Positions 34,627 through 44,781 of a DNA stretch of 64,000 bases are shown here, one piece after another. The stretch covers positions 27,715 through 91,714 of the forward strand of contig CALPMT020000008.1 in the NCBI GenBank assembly GCA_943324745.2. The letters run 5' to 3'. Both the position numbers and the translations under genes were made by a program. The notes beneath the pieces were generated by a model. The model was not told where the DNA came from, did no database searches, and worked only from the letters and a program-made list of their open reading frames with translations. Position 1 is the stretch's first letter, and each line of letters begins with the position of its first letter. The stretch comes from Chitinophaga pinensis (GTDB taxonomy: Bacteria > Bacteroidota > Bacteroidia > Flavobacteriales_D > Crocinitomicaceae).

Positions 34627-35580
34627 CTAAATTATTTCATCAATAATAAATCTTGGCCTTTTTTTAACTTCTTGATATATTTTACCTATATATTCTCCAA
34701 TAATTCCCAAACAGATCATATTAATTCCAGAAAAAATTAGATTTACAAGTAAGGTGGAAGACCAACCTTTAATAGCATTTCCACTTAATGCAGAGATAGT
34801 AACCCAAACTCCAAAAAATAAGGATAATAAAAACATTACTATGCCGACATAAAAAATAAAGCGAAGAGGAGCGGTAGAGAATGATGTAATTCCATTCCAT
34901 GCAAAATTCAGCATTTTGCGAACAGGATACTTTGTTTCTCCAGCAAGTCTTGGAGTTCTTGCATAATACACATTCGACGATTTAAATCCAATTAAAGGAA
35001 ATATACCTCTTAAAAATAAAGATACCTCGTTAAATTTTTCTAATTCAGTAATTACGCGAGAATCAATGAAACGAAAATCTGCATGATTATACACCGACTT
35101 AACTTTCATCCATTGCATCAATTTATAAAAAGATTGAGCTGTAAATTTCTTAAAAAAAGTGTCACTATCTCTGTTATCTCTAACACCATACACAATTAAA
35201 TTCCCTTCATGATACGCGTGAATCATCTTATCAAAAACATCAATGTCATCTTGTAAATCCGCATCTATTGTAATAATACAATCTGCCATCGTTTTACAGG
35301 TAAACATTCCTGCTAAGATTGCATTTTGATGACCAAAATTGGTCGCCAATTTAATCCCTTTATATAAGGGGTCTTTCGTTAAATTTTCAATAATTTCCCA
35401 AGTAGCATCTCTACTTCCATCGTCCACAAAACATACAAAACTATCCTCAGATATTAAATTCGCTGACCTTAAATCATTAAATTTCTTGCGAAGTTGCTCA
35501 GCACTTAACTGTAACACTTCTTCTTCGTTGTAGCAAGGTAATACAACACCTAATTTAATTGGTAAAACCGATTTACTCAT
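34627..35580 (-). CDS. GT2 polyprenyl-phosphate glycosyltransferase (GtrB/ArnC-like)
   Basis: LGVVLPCYNEEE...FVDDGSRDAT...IDADLQDD and two C-terminal TM helices; 317 aa, typical GtrB size. Confidence 0.8.
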   Translation of the reverse strand: MSKSVLPIKLGVVLPCYNEEEVLQLSAEQLRKKFNDLRSANLISEDSFVCFVDDGSRDATWEIIENLTKDPLYKGIKLATNFGHQNAILAGMFTCKTMADCIITIDADLQDDIDVFDKMIHAYHEGNLIVYGVRDNRDSDTFFKKFTAQSFYKLMQWMKVKSVYNHADFRFIDSRVITELEKFNEVSLFLRGIFPLIGFKSSNVYYARTPRLAGETKYPVRKMLNFAWNGITSFSTAPLRFIFYVGIVMFLLSLFFGVWVTISALSGNAIKGWSSTLLVNLIFSGINMICLGIIGEYIGKIYQEVKKRPRFIIDEII

Positions 35581-35609
35581 TGGAGATTTTGATTATCTAG
35601 ATATTGTAA

Positions 35610-35617
35610 CAAAAATA
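35610..35617 (-). promoter_or_regulatory. Bacteroidota -7 box candidate (TATTTTTG on the minus strand)
   Basis: CAAAAATA on the + strand, 29 nt upstream of ATG 35580. Confidence 0.35.
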
Positions 35618-35656
35618 GTATATTTCTTTTTGTAAATTCGTAACAAATTTCATTTC

Positions 35657-37591
35657 ATGCAATTATTATTTGATCATCCTCAGTTACCCTACCTAATTTA
35701 TTTTTTTGCAGGGCTGAATTTGTTGTATTTTATCGGTCACTTTATATTTAATGCCATTCACAAGACCAAACAAACTAATAGCTTAGAAATATTCACTAAG
35801 CTAACTTTTGGATCGCTTGCAATACTAATCGCTTCTTCTATTTATTGGACTAAAGGTAATACCATTTTTTTAGGTTTAATTTTCCCTATCTATTTCTTGA
35901 TGAGGGGAAACACAGTTAAACCTTCATTTGAGTTACCAACTCTAAAACAAATTGGTTCCCTTAATCTAATCGCAATACCAATTATAATTTGCCAACTGAT
36001 ATTATATAGCAAATGGGGAGAATGGAACTTACTACCTATTGATGTAAACAACCATGCTGAATTAAGTTATTTCTTCAAACAAGGTTTTGAAAGTAAATAT
36101 GCAGCGTTAAATAGTTTAGACGCCTTGCATGTCCCAACAAAGAGTCCTTACCATTATTGCGACAATTGGCTTACCACTTTCTTTCATACAATATTTCCTA
36201 AAACGTATATTGGTTTCACTATGATGTATGTTGTTTACCCAATTTTGTTTACAGTATTATTGAGTGGCATAATGAGTATCTTAAATTCATTGAAACTAAA
36301 TCCTTTCAAAGCATTATTATTTAGTCTTTTACTATTGTTTTTAGGGCCTATTGACACAGATTTCACACGTAAAATATTTGATTCAGGAAATTTACTAACT
36401 TCAAATACTGTGATTTTCGAAAATGCTGGTTTTTTCTTTAACACACTAGCCTTCAGTTATCACGGGCAAAAACATATTCCATTCTATATTTTAGCTTGTT
36501 GGATTGTAATTTTATTTATGAAATCCAGTGACAAAAAAGCTATTTACCTACTCGCATTTGCACCACTTATTAATATTGGATTGGCACCTGGAATAATAGG
36601 TGGTCTTGGATTTTATACTTTATTTCAAATTTGGAAAACAAAACACGTAATTCCTCCATTATTAAATGCGCTTCCAGTATTTTTTTCAACCCTATTTCTA
36701 ATCGTTTTTTACAAAATAAATGGCGGTTATGACATTGAACATCAAACTGTAATTAATACATTTTCTTCCGATCTTAATATAAAAGGAGAATTTTTAAAAG
36801 TTGCTTTCAAACTAGGATATGCACTGATTTTTTTAGGCTTGATATATATGGTATATCTGTTCATGTTTACTTCTGAAAAACGAAGATTAATTTCTAACCC
36901 TTTAACTTTACTTATTCTTTTTACAATAATGAGTGGATTAGCAACAAGAATTGTATTTGAAGGTTTTAATACCCCACAATTTTTGTCCTATATTTTACCT
37001 TTAGTGAATATGTATTTGATTTACGTATTTGTTGTTACGTATAACGCTAATTTAATCAGCAAGATTAGTCTAGCTTTCATCGTTTTAATTTGCATAAATA
37101 ACATGTACCAAACCTATTTTCATGCTACAACACGACGAGAAATTTCAATAGCTAAAATGCATAGTAAAGATTTTTTGAAAAAAGTAACTAGTTTATTAGC
37201 AAAAAACCCTAACCCAAAATTTGGATACCTTTTAAGTGATATAGATTATAAATCGATTCCTCCAGGATTTTGGTATGGATACTATCCTTGCGAATTTCTA
37301 TTAACGAAAGATTGTTTTCAATTCTATTCGCTGAATTTTCCAAATCAACACTACGCTAAAAATTCACAACAGAGCAACAATTTCAGTCCAAACCATCTAC
37401 GTTATATTTTTCCACATGCAATGAATCGAAAAGAATATGAAAATGCGTTACTAAAATTGATAGAAAAGACTAAAATTGAGTATGTGTTAGCAAAACAAAA
37501 AACGACAATCCCAGCCTCTTTTCAAAAAATAGTGATCGACTCTATCGTAGATTCTAAAACAGGGGATAGAATTTTATTTGTAAAAAGATAA
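35657..37591 (+). CDS. Polytopic membrane protein (GT-C-like candidate)
   Basis: 644 aa, about 12 or more hydrophobic segments plus a soluble C-terminal region of about 150 aa. Confidence 0.4.
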   Translation: MQLLFDHPQLPYLIYFFAGLNLLYFIGHFIFNAIHKTKQTNSLEIFTKLTFGSLAILIASSIYWTKGNTIFLGLIFPIYFLMRGNTVKPSFELPTLKQIGSLNLIAIPIIICQLILYSKWGEWNLLPIDVNNHAELSYFFKQGFESKYAALNSLDALHVPTKSPYHYCDNWLTTFFHTIFPKTYIGFTMMYVVYPILFTVLLSGIMSILNSLKLNPFKALLFSLLLLFLGPIDTDFTRKIFDSGNLLTSNTVIFENAGFFFNTLAFSYHGQKHIPFYILACWIVILFMKSSDKKAIYLLAFAPLINIGLAPGIIGGLGFYTLFQIWKTKHVIPPLLNALPVFFSTLFLIVFYKINGGYDIEHQTVINTFSSDLNIKGEFLKVAFKLGYALIFLGLIYMVYLFMFTSEKRRLISNPLTLLILFTIMSGLATRIVFEGFNTPQFLSYILPLVNMYLIYVFVVTYNANLISKISLAFIVLICINNMYQTYFHATTRREISIAKMHSKDFLKKVTSLLAKNPNPKFGYLLSDIDYKSIPPGFWYGYYPCEFLLTKDCFQFYSLNFPNQHYAKNSQQSNNFSPNHLRYIFPHAMNRKEYENALLKLIEKTKIEYVLAKQKTTIPASFQKIVIDSIVDSKTGDRILFVKR

Positions 37592-39931
37592 TTTCCTTTT
37601 CAATTTTATCAACCTATGGATAATGTTTACGTAGGAAGTAAACTTTAAATGACTTACTGGATTCTTCGCCATTATTTCATCAAATTCAACTTCAGTCAAT
37701 CCGATTTTTTTGCAGAAAAACAGTTTATCATCCATATATTCCGCTTCTTTATATGCAGGTTCTTTCATAAGTTCTATAGCTTCCGTTTTAGTCAATTGTC
37801 CAGAACTAATCAATACAGACAAATGAGAAATACGTTTATCAAAATGAAATTTTTGAGGTAAAATAACTCCTTGGTAAAATTTAGTGAATACATTCTCGTA
37901 ATGTTTTCCTCCATAATCGCGCCATCCAAATTGACGAATCAATGTAGACTTAGCCTCATTTTTGTTATAATCTAAATAATCTAGTGGTGCACAAAACTGA
38001 ATTTTTCGAATGCGCGTATGCCAAAAAAAAGAGATCGGACTTACGGTAGGAAAAGTAGATAACTTTACAGATCCAAACTTTCGTTGGATGGACCGTATAT
38101 TTAAGGCATCCAATTTGTAATGACTAAAATCAGTTGGCATCCAACCTTCCGTTGCGGTATTTACACCGGATAATATATGCTTAATCCCAAATTTATTTGC
38201 GATTTTAAATTGAACAGCATTGATTGCATTATCCATGGGTAAATCAATATCAACTACAGACGATTTTAAGAAGGACAACTGTAAATCCCTCATTTCAGAC
38301 CAATTAATCACATAGGTATACAAATCAAATCCCATTTTCTTCACTATGTTTTCTATGTTCATAGATGCCAATTCTGAATTCCATCCATTATCAATATGAA
38401 GAATCAAAGGATTTAATCCCCATTCTTTTGCTTTGTAAACTACATAAGAACTATCTACTCCCCCACTTAACCCAATCAAACAATCGTATTTTTTATGCCT
38501 CCGTTTACGAATTTCCGCTAATAATTCATTTAATTTTTCAGTTTTCAATTCGTCCGAAAAAATCGTTTTTTTCTTTAATTTTTCATTCGCTAAACAAACA
38601 TTACATACCCCTTGATCATCAAAAACAATGTTGACATACATTTCATTATCAAACAAACATCTAACACATTGTTTTTTTGGTTGTAGAAGAGTAGATTTTA
38701 ATGCTTTTAAATTATCCAATCCATGAAACTTAGTCTTCCAAGTAGTTATAGCTAGCATTTGAAAACGTTTTCTTTCTTCTTCTTTTAATTCGAAAAATTT
38801 GCTAAGTGTATTTGCTAAATCAATTGGTGAAAAATCTACAGGCAACAAAAAACCATTCTTTTGATCCTCAATAATTTCTGAAACACCTCCAACATCTGTT
38901 CCTATGCATGGAATTCCATAAGCCATAGCCTCCATCATACTTATAGGTAAACCTTCATATTGACTTGTATTTACAAATAAATCCACCGGATTATGAGCAT
39001 AATATTTTTTTATTTCTTGATTTAAAACAAATCCTTTAAATTCAAACCGAATAGTCGAATTTCCTAAACGTGATTTGGCAAGTGCAATCAATTCTTGCTC
39101 AAGCACTCCATTACCAAAATGAACCCAATAAATGGGTGGATGCTTTATCTCCGAAAGCGCTTCGATAATTAAATGAATCCGCTTTAAAGGGATAAGAGAA
39201 CTACAGCTAACGATTACAAATTCTTTTTTGTCTTTTGCTGTCGGCGAATAAATTTCTTCCTGTTCTTTAAATACGCCTAGGCGTCCTACAATACAGTTTT
39301 TTTGGTCAAAACCTTCTACAAAATTATACTTCGATGTAAAATAATGCATCCCTTGCTCTGAAACAAACACAATATTATTCAATGTATTACCTATTAAACT
39401 TCTAAAAGGCAAGTAATTAGGAGTATGTCTTTCTTCGTATAAATCAAAAGCATGCATACGAGAAATCACGCTTAAATTAGGCTGATTGGATTTTATTAAA
39501 CTTGCAGCTAAGGTTGCTTCGGTACACCAATAACTATAAAAAAAGAAAGAAGTAAACTCAGAGGCATATTCGTCTAGGTGTGATTGAATATTTTTTTTAT
39601 TTTTTGTAGCAATGGTAAAATAATTAAATAAAACCTTTAAAAATTGAATACTAATTTTAATACCTCGCTGCTTGGATACGCTTATTTCATCTAAAACATG
39701 TCGATTGAACAAATGCTTCAGACCATTTAGTTTTTCAAGAATGGTTAACGAATCTTCTAAATGGACAAAAGATACATTATCAGGTAATTCATACAATAAA
39801 GGCGCTGAAATTGGAGTTGGTTGTAATATAACAACTTGATCAAAATCCGAAGTGAATTTAATTAAGTCTGCTAATAATGGCTCCGAATAACCAAATGGAA
39901 AAGATGTCGTTGACAAAAATAATACTTTCAT
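37574..39931 (-). CDS. Fusion protein: N-terminal GT4 glycosyltransferase plus C-terminal N-acetyl-sugar amidotransferase (WbuX/PP-loop family)
   Basis: EGLPISMMEAMAYGIPCIGTDVGGVSEIIEDQKNGFLL (GT4). Then CVRCLFDNEMYVNIVFDDQGVCNVC zinc ribbon and LIGLSGGVDSSY PP-loop. Start set at MKVLFL (39931) because a -7 box lies inside the longer track ORF. Confidence 0.8.
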   Translation of the reverse strand: MKVLFLSTTSFPFGYSEPLLADLIKFTSDFDQVVILQPTPISAPLLYELPDNVSFVHLEDSLTILEKLNGLKHLFNRHVLDEISVSKQRGIKISIQFLKVLFNYFTIATKNKKNIQSHLDEYASEFTSFFFYSYWCTEATLAASLIKSNQPNLSVISRMHAFDLYEERHTPNYLPFRSLIGNTLNNIVFVSEQGMHYFTSKYNFVEGFDQKNCIVGRLGVFKEQEEIYSPTAKDKKEFVIVSCSSLIPLKRIHLIIEALSEIKHPPIYWVHFGNGVLEQELIALAKSRLGNSTIRFEFKGFVLNQEIKKYYAHNPVDLFVNTSQYEGLPISMMEAMAYGIPCIGTDVGGVSEIIEDQKNGFLLPVDFSPIDLANTLSKFFELKEEERKRFQMLAITTWKTKFHGLDNLKALKSTLLQPKKQCVRCLFDNEMYVNIVFDDQGVCNVCLANEKLKKKTIFSDELKTEKLNELLAEIRKRRHKKYDCLIGLSGGVDSSYVVYKAKEWGLNPLILHIDNGWNSELASMNIENIVKKMGFDLYTYVINWSEMRDLQLSFLKSSVVDIDLPMDNAINAVQFKIANKFGIKHILSGVNTATEGWMPTDFSHYKLDALNIRSIQRKFGSVKLSTFPTVSPISFFWHTRIRKIQFCAPLDYLDYNKNEAKSTLIRQFGWRDYGGKHYENVFTKFYQGVILPQKFHFDKRISHLSVLISSGQLTKTEAIELMKEPAYKEAEYMDDKLFFCKKIGLTEVEFDEIMAKNPVSHLKFTSYVNIIHRLIKLKRKLSFYK

Positions 39932-39951
39932 ATTTTGCAAAAAAAGGTAAA

Positions 39952-39959
39952 CAAAACTA
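39952..39959 (-). promoter_or_regulatory. Bacteroidota -7 box candidate (TAGTTTTG on the minus strand)
   Basis: CAAAACTA on the + strand, 21 nt upstream of ATG 39931. Confidence 0.4.
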
Positions 39960-40080
39960 CATAAAAAGTAAGTTAATAGTTGAATCACTGTCAAATTACT
40001 TAGTCATCGGACAAAAAAATAATTAATTGTGGGTATAAATACTTGATTCTTGCTTATTTTTACAAGTTAAACACAAAATT

Positions 40081-40695
40081 ATGATTGTTATCATAGATTA
40101 TGGAATGGGAAACCTCGGTTCTATAAAAAACATAGTTAAAAAAGCAGGACATAAATCAATCATATCTAAAGATTCAGACGTTATTTCCAATGCCAGTAAA
40201 TTAATATTGCCTGGAGTTGGTAATTTCAAAGAAGCGATGAATAATTTAGAACATCTCAATCTAATAGAAATACTCAACAATAAAGTTTTAATTGAAAAGA
40301 CTCCCATATTAGGAATTTGTCTAGGCATGCAATTAATGACCAGCTTCAGTGAAGAAGGAAATGTGCGTGGATTAGATTGGATTAAAGGTAAGACCACCAA
40401 ATTTACGTTCTCCAATCAACCCGAAATAAAAATTCCACACATGGGTTGGAATGAAATTATTCCATCCAAAAGTCATAAGATCAATACAGATTTTGAAATA
40501 CCTAGCCGATTCTATTTTGTGCATTCCTATTTTGTAACCTGCGAGGATAAGAAAGATATTTTATACGAAACAGATTACAAAGGAGTTTTTACTTCTGCAT
40601 TTAATAAAGAAAATATTTATGGCGTTCAATTCCATCCTGAAAAAAGCCACGTTTTTGGACTGCAACTTATAAAAAACTTTATTGAGCTATGTTAA
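40081..40695 (+). CDS. HisH-like glutamine amidotransferase (WbuY-type, glycan-locus paralogue)
   Basis: IIDYGMGNLGS, PGVGNF, ILGICLGMQL, HMGWN, GVQFHPEKS. Confidence 0.9.
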   Translation: MIVIIDYGMGNLGSIKNIVKKAGHKSIISKDSDVISNASKLILPGVGNFKEAMNNLEHLNLIEILNNKVLIEKTPILGICLGMQLMTSFSEEGNVRGLDWIKGKTTKFTFSNQPEIKIPHMGWNEIIPSKSHKINTDFEIPSRFYFVHSYFVTCEDKKDILYETDYKGVFTSAFNKENIYGVQFHPEKSHVFGLQLIKNFIELC

Positions 40696-41459
40696 GAACG
40701 AGAGTTATTCCGATACTACAAATCAGTAGTCGTGCATTGGTTAAAACAGTAAAGTACAAAAACCCAAAGTATCTAGGGGATCCATTAAATGCAATTAAAA
40801 TATTTAATGAAAAACGCGTAGATGAATTACTGATTATCGATATCAATGCGGCGAAAAGAAAATCAAAAATTGACTTTGCATACATCGAAGAATTATGTGC
40901 TGAATGTTTTATGCCAATCGGGTATGGAGGAGGAATTGAAACAATGGAAGATATAAAGCGTCTTTTTACTTTAGGTGTTGAAAAAATCATTGTAAATTCT
41001 TTAATTTACACCAATCCTGCGTTGATTGAAAATGCAATAAAACTATATGGTGCGCAAAGCATAGTCGCAAGTATAGATATTAATAAACACTGGTTGACTA
41101 AAAAAATAGCACCATATATACATTCGGCAACCCAAAGAATTAACATGGAAGTAGATGGATATATCAAGCTCTGTTTGGAACTAGGGGTTGGAGAAATTAT
41201 TTTTAACGATATAGAACGGGAGGGTGCATTTAAAGGCTATGATTTAGATCTGATAAATAAATATATCCAAGATTTAAATATTCCGACAGTGATTAACGGA
41301 GGAGCAAATAATTTCCGGAATTTAATTGCAGCAAAAAAAGCTGGAGCTGACGCTCTCGCTGCAGGGAGTTTTTTCAGTTTACAACAACCCCATCTTGCAG
41401 TTTTGATAACCTACTTGTCGAAGGAAGAAATTATGGAAATAAACAATCTTAATAAATGA
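40689..41459 (+). CDS. HisF-like cyclase subunit (WbuZ-type, glycan-locus paralogue)
   Basis: RVIPILQI...KYLGDPLNAIKIFNEKRVDELLIIDI; overlaps the hisH-like gene by 7 nt. Confidence 0.9.
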   Translation: MLRTRVIPILQISSRALVKTVKYKNPKYLGDPLNAIKIFNEKRVDELLIIDINAAKRKSKIDFAYIEELCAECFMPIGYGGGIETMEDIKRLFTLGVEKIIVNSLIYTNPALIENAIKLYGAQSIVASIDINKHWLTKKIAPYIHSATQRINMEVDGYIKLCLELGVGEIIFNDIEREGAFKGYDLDLINKYIQDLNIPTVINGGANNFRNLIAAKKAGADALAAGSFFSLQQPHLAVLITYLSKEEIMEINNLNK

Positions 41460-42793
41460 TACAAGAAGGAACGTATCAATTTTTAGGAATTTTCGATGGA
41501 TTAGCAATTGTGATGTGGTTGATTATTCTATTAAGTATTGTCTCAAATACTTATAACAAAAACAAGGATAAATCTTACTATAAATACTACAAAACAGGAT
41601 TTTACGTAAAAATTTTAGCAGCTATTTCTTTTTCCATCATCTATATTTATAAATACGATGGAGGAGACACCGCAGCCTACTGGGATACTGCTCAAAAATT
41701 CAATAATCTTTTCTATATTAAACCATTGAAATTTTTCGAAGAGATGTTTAGTTCGATGCCATTTTCTAGTAGGTATTACAGTTTTGATATGACAACAGGC
41801 GTTCCTCCGGAATGGATTTACAACGAAAAGGAAGGATTATTCACTTCCAAACTATACGCATTACTAACGTTTTTAACGTTTAGAAGTTATTTTGCCATGA
41901 CATTTTTATGTGCCTATTTTTCGTTTAGAGCGAGCTGGAAATTATTTGAAATGGGAATAAAATACAACGCGAGTAGTGAACGAAATTTAGCAATTGGCAC
42001 TTTACTTCTACCTTCCACTGCATTTTGGTGTACAGGTATTTCTAAAGATACAATTGTATATTGTTGCGTAATTTATGCTCTAGATTTATTATTTTGTTTC
42101 TTCGACAAATCGATTAAAAAAGGATTCGTTTTTTATTTCAAACTCTTTATTATCTATTTTTTACTCTCCAACATTCGGGATTTCATGCTTTTAACCGCAG
42201 TGGCACCTTTCATCTTTGCATTTGGTATCAAATACAGTAATCGGCCAGGAAATTCAAATTTTTCAAGATTTTTCATTCAATTTATGTTGATCTTATTGAT
42301 TTTAACTGGTATGGCTATCTTTTTTAGTTCATCGAAGGCAGTTGAAATCACGCAAGAAGCGCAGGTAATTCAATCAGACCTTAAAAACAACTCGGAATAC
42401 GGAGGCGCCAAATACGACCTTGGAATAACGGACTTTACTCCTTTAGGGATGTTAAAAGCAATGCCAATGTCCATTTTCACGTCATTTTACAGACCATTTA
42501 TATGGGAAGCTGGAAGTATATTCATATTAATTAGTGCTTTGGAAACGCTAATATTATTACTTCTAACGTTTAATCTCATTTTTCGTAGTGGAATTATACT
42601 ATTTATCAAACGTATAAGAGAAAATGAATTTTTGATTATGGCAGCAGTATTTTCATTAATACTTGGTTTTTTTGCAGGCTATACTTCTGGATTATTTGGC
42701 GTATTAGTTCGTTTCAAAGCCCCTCTTTTACCTTTTTTGTTTATTTTGTTAACCATGAAACTAAATAAAGAAGATATACTAAAGCAAAGTTAA
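41456..42793 (+). CDS. Polytopic membrane protein, possible O-antigen/EPS polymerase-like
   Basis: 445 aa, about 10 hydrophobic segments with one large loop; no diagnostic motif. Confidence 0.3.
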   Translation: MIQEGTYQFLGIFDGLAIVMWLIILLSIVSNTYNKNKDKSYYKYYKTGFYVKILAAISFSIIYIYKYDGGDTAAYWDTAQKFNNLFYIKPLKFFEEMFSSMPFSSRYYSFDMTTGVPPEWIYNEKEGLFTSKLYALLTFLTFRSYFAMTFLCAYFSFRASWKLFEMGIKYNASSERNLAIGTLLLPSTAFWCTGISKDTIVYCCVIYALDLLFCFFDKSIKKGFVFYFKLFIIYFLLSNIRDFMLLTAVAPFIFAFGIKYSNRPGNSNFSRFFIQFMLILLILTGMAIFFSSSKAVEITQEAQVIQSDLKNNSEYGGAKYDLGITDFTPLGMLKAMPMSIFTSFYRPFIWEAGSIFILISALETLILLLLTFNLIFRSGIILFIKRIRENEFLIMAAVFSLILGFFAGYTSGLFGVLVRFKAPLLPFLFILLTMKLNKEDILKQS

Positions 42794-42806
42794 GAGTAAT
42801 AAAAAA

Positions 42807-43901
42807 ATGAAAATTATAACGAAATATCCTATTAACATAATTGAAAAAGATAAGCATTTATTTGATCAAGTAAAAGACTATAAGATAAACATACCGCAAA
42901 TAAAAAAAATTAAAAATGTTTTCGTAACAAATAATGGATTTGTCCTAAAAAATGGAATTTTAAATGCAAAGAGCGGATTAAATTTAATTTCAAAACACGA
43001 CCACACATTCTATTTTAATTATTGGAAAACCGCACTCGAACAAAATATCGTTTGTAAATTTGGAAAAAGTCTCCCATCTATCGAACTTAAAGACAAAACC
43101 TATTTATTAATCCATTCCAAATGGTTAAACTATAGTTTTTGGATTACAGAATACCTTCAAAGACTGACGCGAGTAGAACATGAAATAGGATTGAAAAATC
43201 TAATTTTATTGTATCCAGAAGAATGGGATAACATTCCATACATCTCTGAAAGTCTCAAAGCCTTCCAAATCGAACATTTTAGAATCCCTGCAGGACATCA
43301 TTTATTTATTAGCAATCTTATTTTTCCAGAAGTCAGAGAAATAACCGCTTATTTTTATCCAGAACATATCAAACTCGTTAGAGATCGATTATTGGATGAA
43401 GCTAAACAAAGAAGTCAAGTAACACATACACCTAAAAAAATCTACTTAACAAGAGGAATAAATGTAAAAAGAGCGATTGCAAACGAATCTGAACTTCAAG
43501 AATGTTTTAGAAAGCATGGTTTTGAAATCGTTTCTTTCGAAAGACTAAGTATTTGGGATCAAATCAGATATATGAACAATGCAGACATTCTCTTTACAAA
43601 TCATGGTGCAGGATTTTCCAATGTCATTTTTATGGAACCCAACAAAATAGCCTTAGAATTTTTAGAAAAAGATTTTGCACACTATGCTAATCCTTTCCCC
43701 CATTGGAAATTAGCATCTGCGGTTGACGTTAACTATGCCTATCAATTATGTTTGAGCGAAAAAACAAAAAATATAAGCTATCAACCTTTAAAAAAAACTA
43801 CTGGTGAAAAAAGAATTGAACATGTAGATAGAATAATCACTGTAAATTTAGAACTACTCGAAAAAAACATAAAATTCTGTGAAGATTATCTAAAAAAATA
43901 A
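42807..43901 (+). CDS. Glycosyltransferase family 61 (DUF563)-like
   Basis: IYLTRGINVKRAIANESELQECFRKHGFEIVSFERLSIWDQIRYMNNADILFTNHGAGFSNVIFM matches the DUF563 C-terminal signature. Confidence 0.6.
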   Translation: MKIITKYPINIIEKDKHLFDQVKDYKINIPQIKKIKNVFVTNNGFVLKNGILNAKSGLNLISKHDHTFYFNYWKTALEQNIVCKFGKSLPSIELKDKTYLLIHSKWLNYSFWITEYLQRLTRVEHEIGLKNLILLYPEEWDNIPYISESLKAFQIEHFRIPAGHHLFISNLIFPEVREITAYFYPEHIKLVRDRLLDEAKQRSQVTHTPKKIYLTRGINVKRAIANESELQECFRKHGFEIVSFERLSIWDQIRYMNNADILFTNHGAGFSNVIFMEPNKIALEFLEKDFAHYANPFPHWKLASAVDVNYAYQLCLSEKTKNISYQPLKKTTGEKRIEHVDRIITVNLELLEKNIKFCEDYLKK

Positions 43902-43929
43902 TCACTACTTTTGATAGTCAACTTATACC

Positions 43930-44781
43930 ATGGAGAAATATAAAAATATAACTGCTAAAGAGATTATTATCGGTAATAATTGCCAAATCGCAGACGATGT
44001 GCAAATTAACGTGAGAGGTCGCTTTGAAATTGGTGATTGTTCCATCATAAAAAATGGAACTACCATCCAATGTGAAGAATTTTTGGCTGGAGAATACCTA
44101 TACATGTCAAAATCGGTAGAAATTGGTAGAGGTGGTTTTACAAACAAAGAAGCAATCGTACATATCGGTCAACATGTTGGAATTTTTGAAAATACACTCA
44201 TTAACCCGAATAGTCCTGTAACCATTGGGGATGAAGTAGGCATCGGAACGGAAGTGATGATTTGGACACATGGCGCATGGTTAGATGTGACGCAAGGGTT
44301 TCCTTCCGATTTTGGTCCAGTTACTATTGGAAACAATGTATGGTTACCCGCAAGAACAATTATGCTACCAAATACTTCCATCGGGGACAATTGTGTGATT
44401 GGTATTGGTAGTATTATTACCAAGCCTATCCCATCCAATTCCATGGCCGCTGGTTCTCCATGCAGAGTACTTCGCGAAAATTATTACCCAAGACCCTTAG
44501 ATAAACAAGCCCTTGAAAAACTAATCGTTCCAATGATAGAATATTGGAAACAAAGTACGGAAGAGAAAAAAGGAGTTGAAAATATTTCAGTAGAATACAA
44601 TAGTGAGAATCAAATTATTCTTCTATCACACTCAAACAATAAAACACAATTCGACATACTAAATAAAAAAATTACTGGAGACAAAAGTCCACTAAGTGAA
44701 GATTTAAGAGATTATTTACGTAGAAAGGGAATCAAAATATTCACAGGTCTACCTTTTGTTTCATTAAAATCAATAATATGA
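43930..44781 (+). CDS. Hexapeptide-repeat (LbH) acetyltransferase with an extra C-terminal domain
   Basis: Hexapeptide repeats IGDEVGIGTEVMIW...IGNNVWLPARTIMLPNTSIGDNCVIGIGSII. Confidence 0.7.
   Translation: MEKYKNITAKEIIIGNNCQIADDVQINVRGRFEIGDCSIIKNGTTIQCEEFLAGEYLYMSKSVEIGRGGFTNKEAIVHIGQHVGIFENTLINPNSPVTIGDEVGIGTEVMIWTHGAWLDVTQGFPSDFGPVTIGNNVWLPARTIMLPNTSIGDNCVIGIGSIITKPIPSNSMAAGSPCRVLRENYYPRPLDKQALEKLIVPMIEYWKQSTEEKKGVENISVEYNSENQIILLSHSNNKTQFDILNKKITGDKSPLSEDLRDYLRRKGIKIFTGLPFVSLKSII

Noticed and set aside
39932-39994. The N-terminal extensions of track ORFs 37574..39994 and 50851..52899
   Set aside because: The extra residues precede typical N-termini (MKVLFLSTTS for the GT4, MMQEVANWGNYP for the DprE1-like protein). 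A TAnnTTTG box lies inside the first extension, and the second starts at a non-ATG codon.
40081-41459. hisH/hisF as histidine-biosynthesis genes
   Set aside because: No other his genes are nearby. The pair sits next to a WbuX-type amidotransferase inside a glycan locus, so they are interpreted as the WbuY/WbuZ-type paralogues.
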